A stretch of DNA of 64,000 nt from Spirochaetia bacterium (GCA_965208575.1 CBDBOV010000001.1:160001-224000); one strand, 5' to 3'. Shown: positions 39,516-49,329, counted from the first letter of the stretch. Notes: a model not told the origin generated them from the letters alone. Translations and numbers: made by a program.

Positions 39516-40787
39516 ATGGAGTTGATCGCGAAGGCGGTCGAGCGATTCGTCGTGCCGGTGGTCGTGCGCATGCGCCTGGCTCGCGAGCTGCGCGAATCAG
39601 GCGTCGCCTACGACCTCACCTCGGACGAGGTGCGCACCGACCCGTACGCGACCTACCGCCGGCTGCGAAGCGTCGATCCCGTGCACCGCATGCGGCTGGT
39701 CGACGCCTGGGCCCTGACCCGCTACCACGACGTGGAGGCGGTGCTGCGCGACCACAAGCGGTTCGCCAACGCCGGCCGCATCCTGGTGGAAACCATTCCG
39801 CTGAGCCTGCTCGACACCGACCCGCCGGCGCACACCCGGCTGCGGCTGCTGGTCTCCAAGGCGTTCACGCCGAGAGCCGTGGCCAAGCTCGGCGCGCGCA
39901 TCCAGCAGCTCGCCGACGAACTGCTCGACGCGGTAGCCGGCAAGGAACGGTTCGATCTCATCGCCGCCCTCGGCTACCCGCTCCCGATCACCATCATCGC
40001 CGAGATGCTCGGCGTCCGGCCGCGCGACATGGACCGGTTCGAGCAATGGTCGCATGCGCTCGCGCTCAGCGTCGATCCGATGCTCGGCCGCGACCAGGTA
40101 AGCGCCATCGAGCACGCGCAACAGGAGGCGTACGCCTACTTCGAGACCATCATCGCCGACCGCCGCCGGCAGCCGCGCGACGACCTGGTGACCGCGCTGA
40201 TCGCGGCGGAGGAGGAGGGCGACCGCCTGTCCCACGACGAGCTGCTGTCGGTGATGCTGCTGATCCTGGTGGCCGGCAACGAGACCACCCGCAACCTGAT
40301 CGGAAACGGCATGCTCGCCCTGCTGCGCAACCCCGATCAACTGCAGCTCCTCAGGGAGCATCCGGAACTGCTCGATTCGGCCGTCGACGAGCTGCTGCGC
40401 TACGACAGCCCGGTGCAGCTCAACGGCCGCGCGGCGCTCGAAGACGTGGAACTCGGCGGCAAGCTGATCCGTGCCGGGGAGGTGGTGATCTCCCTCGTGG
40501 GCGCCGCCAACCGCGATCCGGAGGTGTTCGCCAACCCGGATCTGCTCGACATCGGCCGCAGCGAGAAGAGCCACCTCTCCTTCGGCCGCGGCATCCACTA
40601 CTGCCTCGGTGCACCGCTCGCGCTGCTGGAGGCGCGCATCGCCTTCGCCAGCATGCTGAAACGCTTCACCTCGGTCCGGCTCGCCCTCGAGCCGCGCCAC
40701 CAGCAGGGCGTGGTGCTCCGCGGCGTCGAGCAACTGTGGATCGAGGTATCACGCCCCGGCGCGAGCGATCGGTCGCCGGCACGTTGA
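39516..40787 (+). CDS. Cytochrome P450
   Basis: DPPAHTRLR, AGNETT (I helix), ELLR (ExxR), FGRGIHYCLG (heme Cys). Confidence 0.97.
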   Translation: MELIAKAVERFVVPVVVRMRLARELRESGVAYDLTSDEVRTDPYATYRRLRSVDPVHRMRLVDAWALTRYHDVEAVLRDHKRFANAGRILVETIPLSLLDTDPPAHTRLRLLVSKAFTPRAVAKLGARIQQLADELLDAVAGKERFDLIAALGYPLPITIIAEMLGVRPRDMDRFEQWSHALALSVDPMLGRDQVSAIEHAQQEAYAYFETIIADRRRQPRDDLVTALIAAEEEGDRLSHDELLSVMLLILVAGNETTRNLIGNGMLALLRNPDQLQLLREHPELLDSAVDELLRYDSPVQLNGRAALEDVELGGKLIRAGEVVISLVGAANRDPEVFANPDLLDIGRSEKSHLSFGRGIHYCLGAPLALLEARIAFASMLKRFTSVRLALEPRHQQGVVLRGVEQLWIEVSRPGASDRSPAR

Positions 40788-40992
40788 TCCGGCCCAGCTC
40801 CGTTGGACGCCGCCTCGCGCCCGACAGTGACCCAACCGTGAATCTTTCGCTCGATACCGTTTTTTCTTTGTGAACACAGGTTGACAGGTAGACAAGGAGT
40901 GCCGAAATGTCAGGGAAACACGACCGCCCAGGGTCCGTCCGGTGCGCGGTGATTGGTCGGTACTTGAAACACGGGTGATGGAGGATCGAGTG

Positions 40993-41478
40993 ATGAAGCA
41001 CGTCCGAAGTTTCGCGGAGTTGGCCCTCGCCGTCACGGCGGTGCTGCTGGTCGCCGCCTGCGGCAGTGGCCCCGGGAAGGCCGACCCGCTGCCAGCGTGG
41101 TCACCCCCGTCCTGGATGCACGGCTCGTGGTCGGGCACCGGAGGAGGAGGCCCTGATGGTGCCATTCCGGTCACCGCGACCGTAGAGGCGTCCGCCCGCA
41201 ACCTGGTGGCAAGTTTCCAGGCCGGCGGCCAAACTCACGGCTTGGACTTGGCGATGCTTACCGAACAAGGCGCGGCGTCCATTCAACCTATTCCCAGCGA
41301 ATCGGACGGAAACGTGCGGCTATACAGCATATTGATCACCCCGAAGGCCGAGGCACCCGCCTTCTCATTCATGTGCGGCGAAGAAAGCTCCACCACGATG
41401 AGTTGCACCTGGATTGAAATGACGCCGCCGGACACGGAGGGGACGCCCCTCGGCACCGTCATCTTGAAGAAGCAGTGA
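40993..41478 (+). CDS. Hypothetical lipoprotein
   Basis: MKHVR...LLVAAC lipobox; PPSWMHGSW. Confidence 0.75.
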   Translation: MKHVRSFAELALAVTAVLLVAACGSGPGKADPLPAWSPPSWMHGSWSGTGGGGPDGAIPVTATVEASARNLVASFQAGGQTHGLDLAMLTEQGAASIQPIPSESDGNVRLYSILITPKAEAPAFSFMCGEESSTTMSCTWIEMTPPDTEGTPLGTVILKKQ

Positions 41479-41685
41479 CGAAGCAGCCCGGATAGCAACG
41501 GCCGCCGCCGCGTGTCGGGGCGGCGCTGCCGAACGAGACCGGGGCATGCCCGCGCGTGACGGAGTCCCGCGCTACGCGTGCCGCCGGCGCATCCTCACCC
41601 GCGGCAGCGGCAACGGACGCCGGAGGGGCGCCGGTCCACCCGCGCAGACCGGCGCCCCCATCCTCCGGCCGCCGTCAGCCTCCCG

Positions 41686-42189
41686 TCATTTCCCGCCGCG
41701 CCGGTTGGCGTAGTAGAAACTGGTGGCCGCCGTTACCAGCGTCACCACCGGCGCGACGATGACGCCGAATTTCTCAACGTCCTCGACCGCGACCACGCCG
41801 AACCCCACCATCGCGAGCAGTGAGAACAGCATGACAGCCAGGATCATGACCAGGTGGTAGGCGAGTCGCCGGCGCGCCGCGTCTTCCTGCGGCCGCGGAT
41901 CGTAGCTCGCGTCGCCCTCCGGCGTCCGAGCGTCCTGCGTCCCCGCCTGCGGCAAGCCGCCTGCCGCCGCAACCGCAGAGCCGCCCGCCGGCCTGCCCGC
42001 GGGAACGCCTCCTGCCGGACCGCTGCCGGCAGTCCGCACCCCGGCACGCCGGGACGAATCCCCGTCCCCTTGCCGCCGGCGGTTCAGGTACGCGCGCAAC
42101 ATCCTATCGCGCGCGGCATGCAACACCGCCACCGACAACGCTGTCGTCGACACGAAAACGGACAGATGCGTCAAATCGACGTTCATCAT
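41686..42189 (-). CDS. Hypothetical membrane protein
   Basis: GAGG RBS; three TM segments; ends AATSFYY. Confidence 0.65.
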   Translation of the reverse strand: MMNVDLTHLSVFVSTTALSVAVLHAARDRMLRAYLNRRRQGDGDSSRRAGVRTAGSGPAGGVPAGRPAGGSAVAAAGGLPQAGTQDARTPEGDASYDPRPQEDAARRRLAYHLVMILAVMLFSLLAMVGFGVVAVEDVEKFGVIVAPVVTLVTAATSFYYANRRGGK

Positions 42190-42377
42190 CCCCTCCTCGC
42201 GAGCCGCCCCAGGTATCGGAAGAGGCGCTGCGTATACTCTCTATAACTGCGTACAGTCCGTGCCGCTTCAAACGGCACGCAATCTATCGACGTGACGGGC
42301 CAAAAAAGTGCCCGGCCGCTGCCGCCGGCACAGAAATTGCCTTGACGCCGTTGCACCTTGCGACAGTCGGAGAACGG

Positions 42378-42405
42378 TGAACCCGTGAGTGCTGAGGCAA
42401 TCGCC
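42378..42405 (+). repeat. 28-bp direct repeat (partner at 47353-47380, one mismatch)
   Basis: TGAACCCGTGAGTG(C/T)TGAGGCAATCGCC. Confidence 0.85.
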
Positions 42406-42477
42406 CGGCACAACTCCCTGTGAGTCGGCCTTGGGTACGCTCGTCACAAAGTGCCGATGGGGGCTCTTACCTGCCAC

Positions 42478-42914
42478 TTCACTGGCGCGTTGGCCGCGAT
42501 GCTGATCCCGTCGGCGTCGGTGGTGCCGTCGGCAGCCGCCTTGATGCTGCCACCGTTCAGGCGGATCGCATTGGCGGCGACGCTGATGCCGTCGGAGTCG
42601 CTGTCCGCCGCCACCATGGTGTACTTGAGAACAGGGAACTGGTGCTGGACCGAAAGTGGACAGCGGGGCTCGTGATCCCGACGGAACGCGTGGTGCCGCC
42701 CACCGTGAGGTTGACCTGCGGAGTCCCGGTGATCGAGACCAGCCGGTCGAAGTCCACCCTGATCTCGATCGGATCGCCGCCCTGATAGGTGTCGCCGCTC
42801 GCCGGCGCGCTGAACATGCTCACCCTGCTCACCGCCGGCACGTCAGTGTCCTGCGCCGCGACCTCGCCTACCGACAGCCTTACCGACGACCACGGACGTC
42901 ACCAAGCCCGCCAT
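42478..42914 (-). pseudogene. 5' relic of the giant adhesin
   Basis: MAGLVT...APASGDTYQGGDPIEIRVDFD; frameshifted and truncated. Confidence 0.9.
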
Positions 42915-43210
42915 GGGCGCGGCACGGCCAACAATGTCCCGAGCGACAGCCGCCACGCCGTTCGTGATGTAATATAGATGTTCCCTCAAGACTGACCCGT
43001 GGAAGATGCCCGCGCCCAGGAGGACGGTTTGCACACGCACCATAGCGCAGTCTCCACAGTTTGTCCACTATCAGGACGGCGCGGATCGCGCAGGCGCGGG
43101 AGGCGGAGGGACCGCTGCTTGCGAAACGTGACAAGATTCCCTGTTCTGGTTCGCCGCCGGTCCGTTTGGCTGTTTCACCTGCATGCGAAGGGCCCATGCC
43201 TGGGCGCACC

Positions 43211-43250
43211 AAAGAAAAGCCGCCGAGGGGGTGTCTCCCCCCGGCGGCTC
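43211..43250 (-). terminator. Intrinsic terminator after lipoprotein 3
   Basis: AGCCGCCG...CGGCGGCT stem with a T-tract on the minus strand. Confidence 0.75.
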
Positions 43251-43289
43251 CGAAAGAGTATCTACTCTCGGGTGTCCGGTGCGAAATCT

Positions 43290-44591
43290 CTAGCTGCCGA
43301 CCTTCGTTACGTTGACTGTGAACTCAAGCTCAGCCGTTTGGCCCAGAGCACCGGGCTCCGTTGCCGTCAACTTGATGGTAGTACTTTGGCCGGCAGTAAC
43401 TCCGGTCACTGTGACAGGTACGCTGCTGACGTCTGTCGGTATAGTTGCGACGGCCGCGTTTGTTGGCGCAGCTGCTACAGTAACATCGGCGCCTAGGTCA
43501 TCCATAAAGAACGCTACGGCGCCATTGGTCTTGAGTGTATAGGTGTTATCTACGTTATACGTAGCTCCCATGATGCTCTTCCCGAGGTCGCTCAGGGACG
43601 GAGCGGTGTCCACGCTAACCATTACGGCCGCCTTCGTTTCGAGGCCCTTGGTATCACGCGCCATCAGGTTCACCCGAACGGGGATATGTGCAGAGGTAGC
43701 GGTGTCATATGTGGAACGCATTCCAGACAGGGTGACTCCCTTGTCGGACGCTACGGCCGTTACCTTCATACTGTCCGCTTTTCCACCCACGGTCATTCCC
43801 GTTACGGTTACCGTAAGCTTGTCATCGTCTTGGAACACGTCGAGCATGCACTCGTTGATCTTCGCGCACTCGGCATGAACCCCGGTGACGGCGGTCAGAG
43901 CAGTCCCACGATCAGCAGCTTGGGAACCAAGAAGGAGCGGAGTAGTAACGGATTCGTCCACGACGGTGTCGGTGTTCGCATCAGTTCCTTTGAGTTGAGG
44001 CGCCCGATTGAGCCCGATGACCACCATAGCGGTTGCCGGGACACTGTTGGCGTCCATCGCCTTGACCATGATTCTGTAGCCTTCGGTATACGACTCGGCT
44101 GCGAACAGATTAGTGTCTACCCCGGATGCTGGAGCAGTGAGCTTGAAGGAAAGTTGGCCACTAGACATGTCAACGGCTTCCTCTGTCACCTCTTCAGCTA
44201 CGGCGGCGGCTGCATTGTTGTCGTGGAATTCACCATCGCCGGCAAGTTCATACGTGTAGGGTTCTGCGCCACCGATGAAGTAGGAGGCCATGTTGATCGT
44301 GAGCGCGTCCGAGGTTCCATCGGCTGCCAAGGCCACTCCGTCGCTCATGAGCTCCTCATCGTTAAAAAGAACCATGGCTTCCAATCCCTGGAACGCGGCG
44401 GTACCCGGCGCTCCGGGCGCTCCGGTCTCTCCGGTCTGACCCGTCTCTCCGGTGGCACCCGGCGCTCCGGTGTCGCCCTTCTCGCCCTTGGGGCCTACGG
44501 CGCCTGCGCAGGCGCCGAACAGGACCGCCACGGAAACGATTATCGAAATGAACGCCGCGAATTTCATCGGGCGTGCAACCCTCTGTGTCAT
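43290..44591 (-). CDS. Variable lipoprotein 3
   Basis: Same leader; LFGAC; Gly-X-Y run; CAKINEC. Confidence 0.9.
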   Translation of the reverse strand: MTQRVARPMKFAAFISIIVSVAVLFGACAGAVGPKGEKGDTGAPGATGETGQTGETGAPGAPGTAAFQGLEAMVLFNDEELMSDGVALAADGTSDALTINMASYFIGGAEPYTYELAGDGEFHDNNAAAAVAEEVTEEAVDMSSGQLSFKLTAPASGVDTNLFAAESYTEGYRIMVKAMDANSVPATAMVVIGLNRAPQLKGTDANTDTVVDESVTTPLLLGSQAADRGTALTAVTGVHAECAKINECMLDVFQDDDKLTVTVTGMTVGGKADSMKVTAVASDKGVTLSGMRSTYDTATSAHIPVRVNLMARDTKGLETKAAVMVSVDTAPSLSDLGKSIMGATYNVDNTYTLKTNGAVAFFMDDLGADVTVAAAPTNAAVATIPTDVSSVPVTVTGVTAGQSTTIKLTATEPGALGQTAELEFTVNVTKVGS

Positions 44592-44768
44592 CGAAAAAAT
44601 CGGGCCTTGGTCGACTTCATTCGATGTGTCTGCGCGACGAGATTACAGTTCTATTCGTGGCGTTCCCGTGTACACGACGGGCGCGAACAATCCCCAATCG
44701 CCACCCTGCCGACCCGGTGTTGAGCCTCGTGTTGATAGAAGCGTGTCCTATTGGTACGGTCAGTCAAC

Positions 44769-46079
44769 ATGGAATCGACCACCGGGAAGCGCACGGCGCG
44801 GCTCAGGCTGACGCTGAACAAGCGGAACGTGGATGCGCTGGAGCCGTCCGACAAGCCGTTCATCGCGTGGGACGACAAGCTCATCGGGTTCGGCGTTCGC
44901 GTCCAGCCCTCGGGGCTCAAGTCGTTTCTCCTCAACTACCGCGCCGGCGGCGGCGGACGCAAGGCGCCCAACAAGCGCGTGGTCATCGGGCGCTTCGGCC
45001 CGGTGACGCCGGACCAGGCACGCCGTATCGCCCACCAGATGCTCGGCAAGGTGGCCGACGGCCAGGATCCGGCGGACAAGCGTGCGCGGGCACGGAGCAT
45101 GCCGACGCTGCAAGAGGCGTTCCAGGATTACCTGAGTGCCAAGTCCTTCCGTTCGGCGAAGACCGGTCGCACCTACCGTAGCGCCATCGAACGCCATCTT
45201 GCCGACTGGATGTCGCGCCCGCTGAACGCCATCGAGCGCCGCGAGGTGGAGGCGCGCTTCATCCTGCTCAGCAGCAAGCACGGCTGGGCGATCGGCAACC
45301 AGGTGATCTCGCTCCTGCGCTCCGTCTACCGGCGGGCCTGCGTCGACCACGAGGGGCTGCGCAACCCGGTCGACCTGTGGCTGGCGGCGGGCGGGCGGTT
45401 CAACCCGATCGTGCGGCGGGTGATCTCGTCACCGGCGGAAGCGCTGCCGTACTGGCAGCGCGGCATCGAGGCGGTGGTGAAGGACCCGGCGATCCGCTCG
45501 ATCTTCTGGGTTGCGATGTACTCCGGGATGCGGCGGGGCGAGATATTGACGTTGCGCTGGGAGCGCGTGGACTTGGCGCGCGGGGTCGTGCACGTTCCGC
45601 ACACCAAGACCGGTACCCCGCTCGAACTGCCGATCACCCGGCAGCTTGCGTCGATCCTCGAATGGCGGCGGAGCGAAACCGGCGGGGACGACTGGGTGTT
45701 CCCCTCGCCGGCGAGCAGGTCGGGCCACGTCGCGGTGCTCACCCACCTCTATGCCGCCATCTCACGCGCGGGCGGCAGGAAGTTCTGGTTCCACGGCTTC
45801 CGCAACTGCCTGATCACGATCGCCGACCGCGAGCTGACGCTGCCCCGCTCGCTGACCAAGCGGCTGGTCAACCACGCCCGCCCCACCGACGTGACCGAGG
45901 GCTACGCGGCCGACTGGACCATCGGCCAGCTCCGCGGCCCGGCCCAACTCATCGCCGACCGCATAGACGAGATCCTGGAGGCCGGTCCTGAGTGCGAGCA
46001 GGACGAGCATCGAATGGCACAGCCCGCCCCGGCGATCACGACCCGTCCGCGGCAACGTGAGTCGGCGCACCCGGTGTGA
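44769..46079 (+). CDS. Tyrosine integrase, intact copy 2 (inverted relative to copy 1)
   Basis: All catalytic motifs present; close paralogue of 19797-21089. Confidence 0.95.
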   Translation: MESTTGKRTARLRLTLNKRNVDALEPSDKPFIAWDDKLIGFGVRVQPSGLKSFLLNYRAGGGGRKAPNKRVVIGRFGPVTPDQARRIAHQMLGKVADGQDPADKRARARSMPTLQEAFQDYLSAKSFRSAKTGRTYRSAIERHLADWMSRPLNAIERREVEARFILLSSKHGWAIGNQVISLLRSVYRRACVDHEGLRNPVDLWLAAGGRFNPIVRRVISSPAEALPYWQRGIEAVVKDPAIRSIFWVAMYSGMRRGEILTLRWERVDLARGVVHVPHTKTGTPLELPITRQLASILEWRRSETGGDDWVFPSPASRSGHVAVLTHLYAAISRAGGRKFWFHGFRNCLITIADRELTLPRSLTKRLVNHARPTDVTEGYAADWTIGQLRGPAQLIADRIDEILEAGPECEQDEHRMAQPAPAITTRPRQRESAHPV

Positions 46080-46320
46080 CCAACTTGTGCCGGCGGGATG
46101 CCGATTGGGGCGTCAGGGTATCCGGCGCCCCCACGCCGTGGCGAGCGCGTTGCCCGCATCAACGGCTGGTTGACCGGCCCCGGGTGCCGCCTGAGCCCAC
46201 TGTCCACAGTCTTGGGTCGCGCCCCACCCCATGACAGCCCAAGACAGAGGCGATGGTGTGCAACGCTGCAGGCGGCGGTACACTCTGTGCAATTGCGGGC
46301 GACCGCCGGGAGGACAGACA

Positions 46321-46704
46321 ATGGCCGGAACAACTGATCGCGGTCCGACCAGAATTACGGGCGGGCTCGCTCAGGACGAGGCCGACGAAGTAATCGAGCA
46401 GGTCACGTCGATCGCCCGAAGGCTACTGGACGGCCACTACGGTGAGGCGTTCGCCAAGGAGATCGCAGTTCGCCGAGAGGAGTCGTTGGCTGATGACGAA
46501 CACGACACCTTCCTGGACATCACGATAGCGTTCGACGCTGAGGATCCAGAGGAGTGTGACCCTGGATGGTTGGCCACCTCTCTGACCGAACCACGGGCAT
46601 CACTTCTGGAGGCTGGGATCGAGGAATTCCCCATCCCGTCGTACCTGTTCGAATCCAATCTGGAGCAGATTAGAGAGACCATTGGATCCGTTCAAGCTCG
46701 TTGA
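46321..46704 (+). CDS. Small acidic hypothetical protein (cargo between integrase and integrase relic)
   Basis: GGAGG upstream; FLDITIAFD...EAGIEEFPIPSY. Confidence 0.6.
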   Translation: MAGTTDRGPTRITGGLAQDEADEVIEQVTSIARRLLDGHYGEAFAKEIAVRREESLADDEHDTFLDITIAFDAEDPEECDPGWLATSLTEPRASLLEAGIEEFPIPSYLFESNLEQIRETIGSVQAR

Positions 46705-46709
46705 CGCTG

Positions 46710-47331
46710 CGAGGCGGTAGTGAAGGACCCGGCGATCCGCTCGATTTTCTGGGTTGCGATGTACTCCGGGGTGCGGCGGAGAGATATTGACGCTGCGCTG
46801 GGAGCGCGTGGACCTGGCGCGCGGGGCCGTGCACGTTCCGCACACCAAGACCGGTACGCCACTCGAACTGCCGATCACCCGGCAGCTTGCGGCGATCCTC
46901 GACGGGCGGGGAAGCGAAACCGGCGGGGGACGACTCGGTGTTCCCGGTCCCCGGCGAGCCGGTCGGGCCATGTCGCGGTGCTCACCCACCTCTTATTCGC
47001 CCATCTCACGCGCCGGCGGAAGGAAGTTCTGGTTCCACGTTCCGCAACTGCCTGATCACGATCGCCGACCGCGAGCTGACGCTGCCGCGGTCGCTGACCA
47101 AGCGGCTGTTCAACCCACGCCCGGCCCACCGACGTGACCGAGGGCTACGGCGGCCGACTGGACCACCAGGCCACCTCCACGGGCCCGCACAACTCATCGC
47201 CGACCGCGAAGACGCCATCCTGGAGGCCGGTCCTGAGTGCAAGCAGGAGACGAGCATCGAATGGCACAGCCCCTCCCCCCGGCGATCACGACCCGTCGGC
47301 GGCAACGTGAGTCGGTGCATCCGGTGCGAGC
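46710..47331 (+). pseudogene. Integrase 3' half, heavily frameshifted
   Basis: EAVVKDPAIRSIFW... to the C-terminus. Confidence 0.9.
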
Positions 47332-47359
47332 GCATTGCGGCATTCGCGATGATGAACCC

Positions 47360-47592
47360 GTGAGTGTTGAGGCAATCGCCACAATCGCCGTCGGCATGGC
47401 CCTGCGAGCCGTACTGGTGCCGGTGTTGCTCCCACAGAGCCCCCGCCTGTAAAGACGCATAAGACGCCGTCGCCGCCACTCTTACGCCCATCCGTACCGA
47501 ACTTGCCCGCCGCCTTGGCGTAGGCGGCCGCGGCCTCCGAGCCCTGGCCGACCGCGCTGCCCGCACCGAGGGCGCGTTGACCGGCCTCTACT
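47360..47592 (+). pseudogene. TM plus coiled-coil small-protein pseudogene (family of 697-945)
   Basis: VSVEAIATIAVGMAL..., then IRTELA...ALADRAARTEGALTG. Confidence 0.55.
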
Positions 47593-47701
47593 AGCACTAG
47601 CTGTAGCACACCTGATCGTTTCCCCCTGTCGGGCCGGTAGAGGACTGGCAGCCTTCGGCGGCCGCTTCACCTCCAAGTGAAAGCCCATGCCGGGTGCACC
47701 G

Positions 47702-47737
47702 AAAAAAGAGCCGCCAAGCAGATGCTCGGCGGCTCTC
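47702..47737 (-). terminator. Intrinsic terminator after lipoprotein 4
   Basis: GAGCCGCC...GGCGGCTC with a T6 tract on the minus strand. Confidence 0.75.
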
Positions 47738-47762
47738 GTAATCCGGCTATGCGGACGGACGT

Positions 47763-49068
47763 CTACTTGATGGTCACGGAAACCTCGATCTTGGCACTCT
47801 GCCCAAGACCGTCTGTGTCGGTATTGTTCACCTCACCAGTCGTTCCGGTGATGGTAAAAACCGCGTTACCCCTGGACACAGGAGTCACAGCGCCGGTGGA
47901 GGGATCAATCGTAACCACCGCCTCGTTCGACGAATCGAAAGCGGCAACGGCGGCTATTCCTTCCGGATCCTTGAACAGCAATACAGCCCCGGCTTGGGTG
48001 ATCAGGGTATTCCCAGTTGTACCAAGCTCGTACTCCACAGACCTGGCAAAACCAGGAGCGTTTTCGCTCAGGGCGGGAGGAGCGTCCACTGTCACCGTGA
48101 AGGTGTAAGTATCGCTCGCCAATCCCTCGTTGTCGGTGGCCTTGACCCTTACCTCGACAGGATCGTGTGCTCCGTTGGCTCCTTCATCAGGGTCCCATGT
48201 AGACACTAGTCCCGTCAGAACGAGCTTGCCTTTGTCGTTCGCCCACGAGTACTTGCCGCTCGTGCCGGACGTCACCATAACGACAAAATCATTTTCTCCG
48301 TCGTCCTCGAAGAGGGTCAACTCGCACATGTTGAACATGGCACAAGAGGCTGCACCATCGACGCGAGGGTCATCCTCGTCATTCGTAGTATCGATGTCGG
48401 TGTCCCCGGACATCGTACCGAGAACATATGCCTCATTTGGGGACGCAAGTACACCGTCGCTAGCGGTAACACCAGTCACCAAGCGCGGAGCGCGGTTTGG
48501 CCTGATCGTGATCGATGAGTCTGCCGACTCCTTGTTGGCATCGGTTGCTGACAACGCGATGGTATACCCGGTCGTCCAATCGACGGCATCGGCATAATCA
48601 GTTGCGAGGGCCGACCTGAGCTTCAGCTTCAGCTTATTGGTGTCTTCGTCGATTTCTGCGATTGCAAGGATATCGGCCGCCTCACCGACCGAGGTTATTG
48701 GGGTTGAACCATCGGAGTCGGTGATGGTCCCCACCTTGAATTCATATGGAGCCATTCCCCCGTGGAAGTAAACCCTCAGCAACAAGATCGACCAAGAACT
48801 CCGTGGTCTCGTCCATGTCGTCCCCGGAGTTGAGGTTGTCAAGCAGCACGGCGCCAGCGCGGCCGGTCAACGGCAGTGGTGCTGGTTCCCCGGGTACCCC
48901 GGGTTCGCCGGGCGTACCAGGTGTACCAGGAGCACCAGGATCTCCCTTGTCGCCCTTGTCACCCTGGGGGCCGACGGCGCCTTGGCAGGCTACGAACATG
49001 ACCGCCACGGATATGATTATCGATATGAACGCCGCGAATTTCATCGGGCGTGCAACCCTCTGTGTCAT
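47763..49068 (-). CDS. Variable lipoprotein 4; one extra base at about 48770-48772 splits the ORF
   Basis: CAGGAGG RBS; MFVAC lipobox; removing one T restores AEG-YFHGGMAPY, matching YFIGGAEPY and YFRGGTEPY in paralogues; CAMFNMC. Confidence 0.85.
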
Positions 49069-49329
49069 AAAGACCTCCTGCCCGCTCGCGTTACCTCACG
49101 GCGGTACGTGTTATGAGATGAATGATTCGAGCCCTGCGCCCTCATCAGCAAAGGAAGAATCGCCAGCGGGCCTTGACGATCAGGGCTCTCAGAAGCCCAG
49201 AAACCACCCGGTGGATTCTCCAATGATCGGTTTCCCGACCATCAAACCTTACTTCTGTAGCCCTCCCTTTTGCCGACTCCAACAGGCGCTGGTGCCGTTC
49301 TCACGAGACAATACCCTCCCGCGGGACAT

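Noticed and set aside
21267-49068. Diversity-generating retroelement as the cause of lipoprotein variation
   Set aside because: No reverse transcriptase and no template/variable pair differing only at adenines; divergence covers the whole body.
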